IMG/VR virus record: IMGVR_UViG_3300009780_000028
Span: 1 to 27,806 of that record
Reading direction: 5' to 3' (one strand)
Source of the DNA: a virus
Length of the DNA: 27,806 bases
Positions 8,822-17,531 of the stretch are shown piece after piece. The position numbers were made by a program, and so were the translations under genes. The number at the start of each line of letters is the position of its first letter. Position 1 is the stretch's first letter. The notes beneath the pieces were generated by a model. That model saw nothing but the letters and a program-made list of their open reading frames with translations, had not been told where the DNA came from and did no database searches.

Positions 8822-9868
8822 ATGAACACATTTTTAACTGATGCTGAACGCCTAGAAGCTATTGCTGTAGGTATTCAAGCTTATAAAAATCCTAATGCAA
8901 CTTTTGAAGCAGGTAAATCTACCTTTTCCAAAAATAAAGCTATGGAAGCTATGAGAGCTGCTTTAATAAAATCAGCTGGTGGAGATAGTAAAATTGATTT
9001 CAAAAAAATGATACGTGGACACTATAATGAAACTTTTGCATTAATAGAAGAAATTTTAAAAGTTACTACAAGAGATTATATGTTGTCAAATACATTTTTC
9101 CAAAATTTAGTAGACTTTAGAGACAGTTCTGTTGGAGATTTACTATCTTTCAGACTTCAAGATAAAACAGAATTTTTAGTAGCTGATACATCTGTTGGCA
9201 CACAAGCTGTAAGAGCACAAAAATTGATGGGTGGCACAAATTATACAGTTCCTACATCTGTTAAAGCAATTAAAACAGAAGAAGAATTACAAAGAATAAT
9301 GGCAGGTCAAATTGACTGGCTAGAATATGTAGACGCATGTAATAAAGCTATACTTAAGAGAAAATTAAATGATGTCGCTACTGCTTTCACAGGCATAACA
9401 TCATCTACTCCAGGTATGCAACCTAATCTAATTACAGCAAGTGCTGGTACTTATTCTGATGCTGACTTGTTAACTAAAATAATTGCACTTGAAACAACCA
9501 CAGGTATGTCTGCTAAAATACTTGGTACAGAACAGGCAGTTTCAAAAATTGATTCTACACCAATTTCTGATAGTGGCAAAGAAGATTTCTACAATTCTAA
9601 ATGTGTTGGTAAATTTAGAGGTAGAGAAGTTATGGCTATGAACCAGCTTTACAAACCAGGTACAACTACTGATTTATTCTCTAACAACGATATTTATATA
9701 TTTGCTGGCGATACAAAACCTATAAAACATGTAACAACAGGTGAATTTTACATGACTACAAAAGACCCAATGGCTAATGCAGATATGTCTCAAACATTGT
9801 TTATGGCTTATGAAGATGGAACATCTGTTATCGTAAATGAAGCTTTCGCTGTTTATAAGTTCTCTTAA
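8822..9868 (+). CDS. Major capsid protein
   Basis: 348 aa, position, strong SD (AAGGAG), sequence 'NTFFQNLVDFRDSSVGDLLSFRLQDKTEFLVADTS...', followed by a hairpin. Confidence 0.8.
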   Translation: MNTFLTDAERLEAIAVGIQAYKNPNATFEAGKSTFSKNKAMEAMRAALIKSAGGDSKIDFKKMIRGHYNETFALIEEILKVTTRDYMLSNTFFQNLVDFRDSSVGDLLSFRLQDKTEFLVADTSVGTQAVRAQKLMGGTNYTVPTSVKAIKTEEELQRIMAGQIDWLEYVDACNKAILKRKLNDVATAFTGITSSTPGMQPNLITASAGTYSDADLLTKIIALETTTGMSAKILGTEQAVSKIDSTPISDSGKEDFYNSKCVGKFRGREVMAMNQLYKPGTTTDLFSNNDIYIFAGDTKPIKHVTTGEFYMTTKDPMANADMSQTLFMAYEDGTSVIVNEAFAVYKFS

Positions 9869-9879
9869 TATTTAGAAAT

Positions 9880-9910
9880 ATAGGTGTGTGATTTTATATT
9901 ACACACCTAT
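9880..9910 (+). other. Intergenic hairpin downstream of major capsid gene
   Basis: Perfect 10-bp stem ATAGGTGTGT 9880-9889 / ACACACCTAT 9901-9910, 11-nt loop; no strong U-tract. Confidence 0.75.
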
Positions 9911-9931
9911 TATAAAAAGAAAGGAATTAAT

Positions 9932-10429
9932 ATGGAAAATAAAGAAAAAAAAGAAATTAAAAATACAGAGAGCAAATACTCTAAAGTAAAAAAAATAACA
10001 ATTCCTGATGACTCAAGTATTCCTGTGACTTCATTGTTCTGTGGTAAGCTAACTTATATTTCTAAAAAAGATGGCTCAACATATGAATGGAATGAATTTG
10101 GTGAAACTGTAGATATTGAGTTTAGAGAACTCAAAATTATGCTTTCTAACCAAAAAAGATTTTTCATAGACAATTGGATAACAATGGAAAGGGAAGTTAT
10201 TGAAGCGTTAAAAGCTGAAAGATACTATCCTAAGCACATTGAGTTTGAAGATTTAGCTAATATAGCTGAAAAATCAGACAAAGAAATTGAAGAAATCCTT
10301 ACAGGAATTAGTAATTCTATGAAATATGTCATAGGACATATGATAATTCAAAAAGTAAAAACAGGTGAAATTGATAGTCGAAAAAAAATAGTTCTTTTAG
10401 AAAAAATATTAGGTTATGACTTAACGTAA
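9932..10429 (+). CDS. Phage structural module protein of unknown function (head/connector region)
   Basis: Track ORF 9884-10429; the likely start is ATG 9932 with SD AAAGGAATTAAT, because 9884 lies inside the hairpin. Confidence 0.7.
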   Translation: MENKEKKEIKNTESKYSKVKKITIPDDSSIPVTSLFCGKLTYISKKDGSTYEWNEFGETVDIEFRELKIMLSNQKRFFIDNWITMEREVIEALKAERYYPKHIEFEDLANIAEKSDKEIEEILTGISNSMKYVIGHMIIQKVKTGEIDSRKKIVLLEKILGYDLT

Positions 10430-10445
10430 GATTGGATGTGAAATT

Positions 10446-10874
10446 TTGACAAGTTTTGATGATGTATATGAAATATTTTTATTCACTAAAGTGCAAGCTT
10501 ACAAATTAAACAAGTTAACGCTAGATAATAAAAAAGCAACCTTACTTATTTATCTTCGTCTAGCTTGCTCAAAGTTCATTAATTGCAAACAAGATTTGAG
10601 TTTAGATTTAGTTAATAAAAGATTTAATGTAGATTTGACAGAAAGAGAAGTAGATATAATTACAGATTTTATGGTAATAAGTTGGTTGAAACCAATTATA
10701 CTTTCTGATGAATTATTAGAGAGCAGATTAAATACTAAAGATTTCTATGAATATTCTCCAGCAAATCTAATTCTACAAATAAGAACTACTTTTAGTGAAG
10801 TTGAAATTAATGCTAAAAAAGCTATGAAAAATTACGGATATTCTAGCAATTTTTCACAACTTAATAAGAAGTAG
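10446..10874 (+). CDS. Putative head-tail connector protein
   Basis: 142 aa, TTG start, position after capsid gene, helical. Confidence 0.5.
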   Translation: MTSFDDVYEIFLFTKVQAYKLNKLTLDNKKATLLIYLRLACSKFINCKQDLSLDLVNKRFNVDLTEREVDIITDFMVISWLKPIILSDELLESRLNTKDFYEYSPANLILQIRTTFSEVEINAKKAMKNYGYSSNFSQLNKK

Positions 10875-10882
10875 GTATATTT

Positions 10883-11932
10883 ATGGATTGGAATTTATAT
10901 GATACATTTATAAACGCAAATGGTAGCACACCTAGAGATAGAAAAATAAATGAATTGAAAAATTCATTAAATAAAAAATTAGAAAATTCTGCAAACTGTA
11001 GGACTGTAAAAATTAATAATGTAGATAAAAAATTAATGGTATTGAAAACAGATTTATATAATAAAAAGAAAATCCAAACATTACCAGACCAAAATGTTTA
11101 TATGGGAGATATTGTTGATTTTTCTGGAAGTAAATACTTGATTACTACAGTTGATTTAGACGATGAAGTTTATCAAGTCGGCGAGATGTTTTTGTGTAAT
11201 TGCCTAATTAAATGGCAAAAAGCAGATGGAACTATAATTACTAGATATGGTTTTAATGATAAGTATGGACAGTTTATGAACAATAGTAAAAATATGTCAC
11301 AAGTTGTAAATCCAGATTTAGTTTTAACAGTTTATTTGCCTTTGGATAAAGACACAGTTTTATTAGAAAAAGAAAAAAGATTTTTAATAGATATTATAAA
11401 TGAAAATCCAGATGCTTATTTATTGAAAAATATTAATAGAGTTTCTATGGATTATAATTTAGGTGAAGCCACAAGCGTTGCTAATTTAGATACAACCAAT
11501 AAACTTTTACATTTGTCTTTTGCTATTACTCAAAGAAGTGATAGAGATAATTTTACTTTAATGGTAGCTGATTATTTTTCTCCTACTACGCCTATAATTC
11601 CTACAGAAGAAGGAAGTGTAGTTAAAAGTAAAATAACATACACAGGAGAAAGTAAAATAAAAGCAGGTGGTTCAGCAAAAGAATTTAAAATCTCTTATAC
11701 TGATTTAGATGATGAACCAATAACTAATGTTATAACAACATGGAATTTAGTTGTTCATGACGAAAGTCTAAGAAAATATTATACTTTAACTCAAACTGTA
11801 GATGGTATAAAAATTAAAGCAGCATTAGAAAATTCAATTGTTAATACAACAATTAAACTTGTAGCTAGTAATAATTTAGATAGTTCTACAAACGAAATAG
11901 ATATTGCGGTGGTGAACTTAATCAATGGCTAA
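10883..11932 (+). CDS. Putative head-closure/connector protein with C-terminal Ig-like domain
   Basis: 349 aa; N-terminal region plus beta-rich C-terminus 'SKITYTGESKIKAGGSAKEFKISYTDLDDEPITNVITTWNLV...IKLVASNNLDSSTNEIDI'. Confidence 0.5.
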   Translation: MDWNLYDTFINANGSTPRDRKINELKNSLNKKLENSANCRTVKINNVDKKLMVLKTDLYNKKKIQTLPDQNVYMGDIVDFSGSKYLITTVDLDDEVYQVGEMFLCNCLIKWQKADGTIITRYGFNDKYGQFMNNSKNMSQVVNPDLVLTVYLPLDKDTVLLEKEKRFLIDIINENPDAYLLKNINRVSMDYNLGEATSVANLDTTNKLLHLSFAITQRSDRDNFTLMVADYFSPTTPIIPTEEGSVVKSKITYTGESKIKAGGSAKEFKISYTDLDDEPITNVITTWNLVVHDESLRKYYTLTQTVDGIKIKAALENSIVNTTIKLVASNNLDSSTNEIDIAVVNLING

Positions 11933-12398
11933 TTTAAAAGAAATACCAAAATATAAAAACACTATCTTATCTTTAATAATAGGTAACGAAAATATTGTAG
12001 ATTTATTAAATGGAAATATTGAACAAAGTGAAGATTTAATAGGTGTCAATTTATTTGATTACCCAAAAATTCCTTTAGCAGAAGAAGAATTAGCTTACAT
12101 TACGGTTGAAATAGACATTCCTACCATGTTTAATATAAAAAATAAAATCTTTAGAAAACCACAAATAGTTTTAGATATTATAGTTCACGATAAATTAATG
12201 AAAACTAATACAATTGGCAATAGATTAGATTTGTTATGTTCTGAAATTGATAAGGTGTTTAATGGTTTTAGTGGATTAGGCTTTAAGAATTGGGAATTTG
12301 ATAGCTTAAAATCAATTTATTATACTAATAGGCATTATGGTAAAAGAATTACATTTTCCGCTGTAGAGAAATCAATAGAGAGCTGTGTTTCCACATGA
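11925..12398 (+). CDS. Putative head-tail joining/tail completion protein
   Basis: 157 aa, overlapping neighbours on both sides, position between connector and tail tube genes. Confidence 0.4.
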   Translation: MANLKEIPKYKNTILSLIIGNENIVDLLNGNIEQSEDLIGVNLFDYPKIPLAEEELAYITVEIDIPTMFNIKNKIFRKPQIVLDIIVHDKLMKTNTIGNRLDLLCSEIDKVFNGFSGLGFKNWEFDSLKSIYYTNRHYGKRITFSAVEKSIESCVST

Positions 12399-13144
12399 GT
12401 TTATTAAACAAAGAATTAATTATAGTCGATGATTTAATTGTTAAAATTCCTACTTGTGAAGAAATTCGTGGAGCATCTTGGGATTTTGGGAAAGACACAG
12501 ATGAGATTGATTATTTTTCTATAGTTAGAATTTTTACAACCAACCCCAGCTCTATGATGGTTGAATTAGATGATATTAAAATTGATTATGAAACACTAAA
12601 AGACTTTGAATTATTTTTATTATTATTTAGAAGTCTAGATAAAAATACACTTGCTAAAAAATCAAATATGTTTTTTGTTAATACAGATTTGTCTAATTTT
12701 GATATTTATGTTAACAAAGAAACTCAAGAAGTTTTCTTGTTAAATACTAAAGACAATATAAGAATTGACGAAAATAAATATAATAAACTATCTGAAATAT
12801 TCTGTGAAATGTTAGGCATTAAAAAAGAAGTAGTTAAAATGGCTAACCCTGGAACTAAAAAATATATTATCGAAAGAGACCGAAAAAAATTAAATAGACA
12901 AAAAAAACAAAATCAAAAATATAAGAGTTTTATTGACAGCTGTTTACTTGCATTAGTAAATAACTGTAATTTTAAATATAATTTTAAAGATGCATTAAAA
13001 CTGACTATATATGACTTAAGAGCTAGTCTAAAACAAATTCTTAAGCTAAAACAAGTTGATAATCTAAGTCTAGGTATTTACACAGGAAATATTTCATCAA
13101 AAGATATTAATGTTAACGACTTAGATTTCATAAACTTAGAGTAA
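12395..13144 (+). CDS. Phage protein of unknown function (head-tail/tail region)
   Basis: 249 aa ORF overlapping the previous stop; basic middle region (RDRKKLNRQKKQNQKYKS). Confidence 0.6.
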   Translation: MSLLNKELIIVDDLIVKIPTCEEIRGASWDFGKDTDEIDYFSIVRIFTTNPSSMMVELDDIKIDYETLKDFELFLLLFRSLDKNTLAKKSNMFFVNTDLSNFDIYVNKETQEVFLLNTKDNIRIDENKYNKLSEIFCEMLGIKKEVVKMANPGTKKYIIERDRKKLNRQKKQNQKYKSFIDSCLLALVNNCNFKYNFKDALKLTIYDLRASLKQILKLKQVDNLSLGIYTGNISSKDINVNDLDFINLE

Positions 13145-13175
13145 ATATAATATTTTTTTTAAAGGAGAAAAAAAC

Positions 13176-13979
13176 ATGGTAACAATTAATGGAATGACTA
13201 ATGTTTCACTAGATAGCGTAACAGCCATTGACTTACAAACAGGTGCAATATTAATGTATGTTGATGAGCTACAAAACGCATCTTTAGAAACAACAGAAGA
13301 TACTAGAGAAGTTGTTGGTAAGCAAAATCGTTTACTACAGAATATTCCAATTAGAAAATCAGTAACTGCATCTATTACATCTGCTCTTTTGAGTGGCGGA
13401 CTAATGGCGGCAACACAAGGTTCTAGTGAAGTAGCAAGTGCTACTATGCAAGTAAAGAGAACTGAAACTCATGTACTAACAGCAGCAGAAGTTGCAGCAG
13501 GTACTTTCTTAACTAAGTTCACAGGAGAAGGCACAGCAGGTGCTGAAATAGGTGAAATTTATATTCTTACATCTAATGGTGGTATAGATAGTAATTTTGT
13601 ACAAGCAGGTTCAGCCGATACTACAAAATTTGCTTACACACCAGGTACTAAAACAGTTACACTACCTACAGCCAATGCTAAATTAGTAGCAGGTGCTAAA
13701 CTATTGTTTATCTACACAATAGAAGTAGACGGAAGTAAAATTGGTGTATCTGCTACTAAAAATGGTATAACATCTGAAATACTTATAGATGGAGTTTGGC
13801 AGGATATGTGCGAAAACAAATATCGTTGTACAATAAGAATTGCTAGGGGAAGATTTAGTTCAGCTAATACAATCCAAATGGGTTCTGAACAAACATTGCA
13901 GGAAATTTCTATCAACTGTCTACCAGATATTTGTTCTGGTGCAGATGATTTGTATGAGTTTATAGTTTATACTGAATAA
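13176..13979 (+). CDS. Major tail (tube) protein-like
   Basis: 267 aa, strong SD (AAAGGAG), followed by terminator, tail-tube-like N- and C-terminal regions 'GQLQNASLETTEDTREVVGKQNRLLQNIPIRKSVTASI'-type (observed: 'VDELQNASLETTEDTREVVGKQNRLLQNIPIRKSVTASITSALL') and '..SINCLPDICSG'. Confidence 0.65.
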   Translation: MVTINGMTNVSLDSVTAIDLQTGAILMYVDELQNASLETTEDTREVVGKQNRLLQNIPIRKSVTASITSALLSGGLMAATQGSSEVASATMQVKRTETHVLTAAEVAAGTFLTKFTGEGTAGAEIGEIYILTSNGGIDSNFVQAGSADTTKFAYTPGTKTVTLPTANAKLVAGAKLLFIYTIEVDGSKIGVSATKNGITSEILIDGVWQDMCENKYRCTIRIARGRFSSANTIQMGSEQTLQEISINCLPDICSGADDLYEFIVYTE

Positions 13980-13997
13980 CAAAGAATAACATTCGAT

Positions 13998-14032
13998 GAA
14001 AAATAGACAAGATTAAACTCTTGTCTATTTTC
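13998..14032 (+). terminator. Rho-independent terminator-like hairpin after tail tube gene
   Basis: GAAAAATAGACAAGA / TCTTGTCTATTTTC, 14-bp stem with one bulged A, loop TTAAAC, U-rich 3' arm and downstream ATTTAT. Confidence 0.8.
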
Positions 14033-14062
14033 ATTTATAAAAAATTGAAAGTTGGTAACAAT

Positions 14063-14395
14063 ATGCCAGAGCCTAATCATATATGTAAAAATTGTGGAAA
14101 AGAATATTATTGTTGTAGGTCTTGTGATAAAATCAATTCATGGAAGGCTGTAGGATGTTCAATAGAATGCTTTACTGCTTACACTTCTTCTGTAGTTCAA
14201 ATAAGAGCCAATGAGTTAAAAAAAGAAATACAAGAAAAATCCCTTGAGGAATTAAAAGAATTAGATAAGCAAGAGCTCGCAAAAGAAATTCAAGAAAATC
14301 CAGAAAGTACAATTTCACAAATAGTAGATAATATTAATAGCACAAATAGTGCAATTTACACAAATAAAACAAAATCAAAAAATAAAAGAAAGTAG
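14063..14395 (+). CDS. Zn-ribbon/Cys-rich small phage protein
   Basis: Track ORF 14021-14395; true start probably ATG 14063 (MPEPNHICKNCGKEYYCCRSCDK...GCSIEC), preceded by AAAGTTGGTAACAAT. TTG 14021 lies in the terminator stem. Confidence 0.65.
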   Translation: MPEPNHICKNCGKEYYCCRSCDKINSWKAVGCSIECFTAYTSSVVQIRANELKKEIQEKSLEELKELDKQELAKEIQENPESTISQIVDNINSTNSAIYTNKTKSKNKRK

Positions 14396-14406
14396 CTTAT
14401 CTTAAT

Positions 14407-14982
14407 ATGCCTAAACAAATATTAAAACTTACATCTCCTATTCCACCTAGTGTTAATCATTATATAGGCTATAGGATTTTAACAGTAAATGGTAGACAAA
14501 CTATTTCAGTTTACAAAAAACCTGCTGGTAAAATATATGAAAAAGAATTTATAAATTTAATTCATACTCAAGTTAGAAAACAAGGTTGGAAAATATCAGA
14601 CAACAAATTTCAGCATTATTATATGGATTGTGATTTTTACTTTCCTAGAACTGATATGGACGCTAATAATTATATGAAATGTTTACCAGATGCAATTACT
14701 AGAAGTGAAGTTATTTGGTTAGACGATAGACAACTTTGTGAGAGAGTTAATAAAGTTAACTATGATAAAGAAAATCCTAGAATAGAAATTACAATTCAAC
14801 CTGTTGACTATATTGGAATATTTGAAAATGAAAATATTTTAAATGAGTTTGAAAATACTTGTATAGATTGCAAAAGATATTTAGGTGGAAAATGTAGTCT
14901 TTTAAAAGATAGTAAATGTGGAATAGTTCACAAAGAGATAAAAGACAATGTTTGTTCTCAAAAGAAAATCAAAAAAACGTGA
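14407..14982 (+). CDS. rusA: RusA-family Holliday junction resolvase with extra C-terminal Cys-rich tail
   Basis: 'PIPPSVNHYIG...' N-terminus and acidic 'DCDFYFPRTDMDANNYMKCLPDAI...VIWLDDRQL' motifs typical of RusA; C-terminal 'CIDCKRYLGGKCSLLKDSKCG...C'. Confidence 0.85.
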   Translation: MPKQILKLTSPIPPSVNHYIGYRILTVNGRQTISVYKKPAGKIYEKEFINLIHTQVRKQGWKISDNKFQHYYMDCDFYFPRTDMDANNYMKCLPDAITRSEVIWLDDRQLCERVNKVNYDKENPRIEITIQPVDYIGIFENENILNEFENTCIDCKRYLGGKCSLLKDSKCGIVHKEIKDNVCSQKKIKKT

Positions 14983-15038
14983 ACTACCACTAGGCTAAAG
15001 ACCTAGTGGCTTCTAGGAAACTAAAAGCCTAAGTTCAC
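14979..15038 (+). ncRNA. Candidate structured RNA (three-way junction) in the RusA downstream region
   Basis: Closing stem GTGAACT 14979-14985 / AGTTCAC 15032-15038 (7 bp); inner stem CCACTAGG 14987-14994 / CCTAGTGG 15002-15009 (8 bp, loop CTAAAGA); short stem TAGG 15014-15017 / CCTA 15028-15031. Confidence 0.5.
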
Positions 15039-15068
15039 CAGATTAAATAAATAGAATTGGAGAAAATT

Positions 15069-15572
15069 ATGGAAGTAAAAACAATAGAAAATAGAAGTTT
15101 AGAAGATTTTAAAAACATATTTAAAAAAGAAATAAAAATTGCAAAGAAAAATAGCAAAATGGTTATTAAATATGGAGAAAAAGATATTGAATTAATAACT
15201 AATTTATCTGTAGCACATTATACGCAATTAGGTGAAGATATGAAAAATTTAATAACAGGAATTGAATTTACTAATTTTTATCAAATAGATGCAATTATAG
15301 ATTTTTGTTACATGAATTTAGCTACAGATTTACCTATACAAGAATTAGATTTAGAAGATTTTACATTACTATTAAACGCCAAAGAAGAAAATATCATAAA
15401 TAAAATTAAAAAAGAAATCCAAGAAAATTGCTTAACATATGGTAGATTTGTACAAGATGTATATATAGGAATAGAAAAAGCAACAAATAATAGTCAAGAT
15501 GATTTAATGAGAAAATTAAGCGAACTTTCATTAGACAATTTAAAAACTGAAAATATTGAAAAAATTGATTAA
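15069..15572 (+). CDS. Phage tail-region protein of unknown function
   Basis: Track ORF 15057-15572; likely start ATG 15069 (TTGGAGAAAATT ATG). Confidence 0.6.
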   Translation: MEVKTIENRSLEDFKNIFKKEIKIAKKNSKMVIKYGEKDIELITNLSVAHYTQLGEDMKNLITGIEFTNFYQIDAIIDFCYMNLATDLPIQELDLEDFTLLLNAKEENIINKIKKEIQENCLTYGRFVQDVYIGIEKATNNSQDDLMRKLSELSLDNLKTENIEKID

Positions 15573-15591
15573 TAGAATGGTTGGTGAATAA

Positions 15592-16041
15592 ATGAATACA
15601 TTAGGATTTAATAAAAGACAATTAAATAGAATAATAAAAGAAGTTGAAAATAATTTAGATAAAGTTTTAAGAAATCAAGTTTCCAAAAGAATGCTAAAAA
15701 TGATGAAAGAAAAACTAAGAGAAGATGTTTATGCAGTTTATTCGCCAACTAGTTATAAAAGAAGATTAGAAAATGGTGGTTTACTAGCAGACGAGAATAT
15801 TCAATTTATACCACAAGCTAATAAATTAACATATTTAGTAAGAAATACAGCTACTCTTAATGGTAATGGTGAAGATTTTGCTAGTGGTAAATCATTGGCA
15901 GAAATTATAAATGATGGTTTAGTTGACGATACTGCTTTCCCTGTTTATATGAACCCTAGACCGTTTTTTGATAATATGTTAGAAGATTTAGAAAAAAATC
16001 CAATAATAGAAAACGAAATAGAACAATATTTTCGTTTTTAG
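15592..16041 (+). CDS. HK97 gp10-like/tail completion-type protein
   Basis: 149 aa; 'VYAVYSPTSYKRRLENGGLL...PRPFFDNMLEDLEKN' resembles gp10/minor tail component style; SD-like GGTTGGTGAATAA ATG. Confidence 0.45.
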   Translation: MNTLGFNKRQLNRIIKEVENNLDKVLRNQVSKRMLKMMKEKLREDVYAVYSPTSYKRRLENGGLLADENIQFIPQANKLTYLVRNTATLNGNGEDFASGKSLAEIINDGLVDDTAFPVYMNPRPFFDNMLEDLEKNPIIENEIEQYFRF

Positions 16042-16054
16042 AAAGAAGATTATT

Positions 16055-17518
16055 ATGGTTGAAAAAAAGAAAGTAAAAAAAAACAAAAAAGAAGTAGTTG
16101 TTAATTTCTTGGGTATCTCATCTCAAGAAGTTACCAACTCTATGTATTTAGTCGAATTTGGTAGCTATAAAATTTTATTGGACTGTGGTTTATATCAGAG
16201 TGCCAATATGTTTAAAAATTATAAACACAATTCAAGAAATTTGGGATTAAAATATTCTGAAATTGATTTTATAATTTTAACACATCTTCATGCAGACCAT
16301 GTAGGCTTATTGCCTAGATTGTATAAAAATGGTTGTAAAGCTAAGATATTTATAGCTAATGGAACTAAGGGCTTATTAGAATTAATGTTAAGAGACACTT
16401 GTAAAATAATAAAGCATGATTGCGATATGATGATAAAATATTCAAAAGGAGAGGGAAAATTCTTTCCTATTTTTGATGAAATCGATGTAGATGCAATGCT
16501 AGATTATATTATAGAGGTTGATGACGAAACTCAAGAATTAACAAAAAGTATAAATTTTAAATTTTACAATGCAGGACATATTGTAAAAAGTAAACAGATT
16601 TATATGGAGTTTAAAGTAGATAAAAATACCACTAAAAGACTAGGATACACAGGAGATATAGGAAGTACAATAGAAGATAAATTTTTTACTATGCCTTTTG
16701 AACCAATGCCTTATTGCGATTTATTAATTTCTGAAACTACATATGGTGGAAATAGTGTAGGCAGAACTAAAAAATTAAGATTTAACGAATTAAAAATGAT
16801 AGAAAATGCAATTAGAAATACTAAGAAAACACAAAGAACTTTAATAGGTGCTTTTAGTTTAGAGAGATTACAAAACATTATGTTAGACTTATATGAAATT
16901 TTTGGAAATGATGAAAATTTTAAAACAAAAATTTTAATAGATGCTCCATTAGGACATAGAATTTCTAATATAATACATAGAGCTATAGATGATAGAGATA
17001 TTAAAAAACAAGAAAAATTCCAAACATATAAAAAAATGATGGAATGGGAAAATATAAAATGGTTAGATGATTACAATGAAAGTAAATATTATAAAACTGC
17101 AAAAGAACCTTTAATAATTTTATCAACATCTAATATGTTAGATAATGGAAGAATATTAGAATGGGTACAAAGTATGTTGCCAGATAGAAATAATACAATT
17201 ATATTTTGTGGATATACCACAGAAGATAGCTTAGCAACAAGAATAAAAGATAAATCTAATGCTCAAGTATTTATTGATAAAAAATTTTACGTAAATGAAT
17301 GCAAGCTTATAGATTTACAAAGTTATTCGTCACATATAACTAGAAGTGAGTTGTTAAATTTACATGGGCTTAATGCTAATTATGATAGATTGGTTTTAGT
17401 ACATGGAGAACTTGAAAATAAAAGAGTTTTCGCAAGAATGTTAAAAAAAGAATTAAATAGATTAAATAAAACAAATAGAATTATATTGCCAGAATTCATG
17501 GATAGTATAATTATTTAG
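16055..17518 (+). CDS. Metallo-beta-lactamase/beta-CASP ribonuclease-like protein (CPSF73/COG1236-type)
   Basis: 'LLDCGLYQ', 'LTHLHADHVG' (HxHxDH ~16283-16300), 'AGHIV', 'GYTGDIG', 'SETTYGG', 'IGAFSLERLQNIMLDL', 'ILIDAPLGHRI', 'IILSTSNMLDNGRILEWVQSMLPDRNNTIIFCGYTTEDSLATRI', 'YSSHI', 'LVLVHGE': full set of MBL and beta-CASP landmarks. Confidence 0.93.
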   Translation: MVEKKKVKKNKKEVVVNFLGISSQEVTNSMYLVEFGSYKILLDCGLYQSANMFKNYKHNSRNLGLKYSEIDFIILTHLHADHVGLLPRLYKNGCKAKIFIANGTKGLLELMLRDTCKIIKHDCDMMIKYSKGEGKFFPIFDEIDVDAMLDYIIEVDDETQELTKSINFKFYNAGHIVKSKQIYMEFKVDKNTTKRLGYTGDIGSTIEDKFFTMPFEPMPYCDLLISETTYGGNSVGRTKKLRFNELKMIENAIRNTKKTQRTLIGAFSLERLQNIMLDLYEIFGNDENFKTKILIDAPLGHRISNIIHRAIDDRDIKKQEKFQTYKKMMEWENIKWLDDYNESKYYKTAKEPLIILSTSNMLDNGRILEWVQSMLPDRNNTIIFCGYTTEDSLATRIKDKSNAQVFIDKKFYVNECKLIDLQSYSSHITRSELLNLHGLNANYDRLVLVHGELENKRVFARMLKKELNRLNKTNRIILPEFMDSIII

Positions 17519-17531
17519 ATTGGAGAATTAA

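Noticed and set aside
9884-9931. N-terminal extension MCDFILHTYYKKKGIN of the 9884 ORF
   Set aside because: It is encoded by the post-capsid hairpin; ATG 9932 has a proper SD.
14021-14062. N-terminal extension MSIFIYKKLKVGNN of the 14021 ORF
   Set aside because: It overlaps the 3' arm of the terminator hairpin; ATG 14063 has its own upstream motif.
12395-15572. Tail assembly chaperone with programmed -1 frameshift upstream of the tape measure gene
   Set aside because: I looked for a slippery site and an overlapping second frame near 13144 and 15572 and found no convincing pair of overlapping ORFs. The intervening genes have independent starts.
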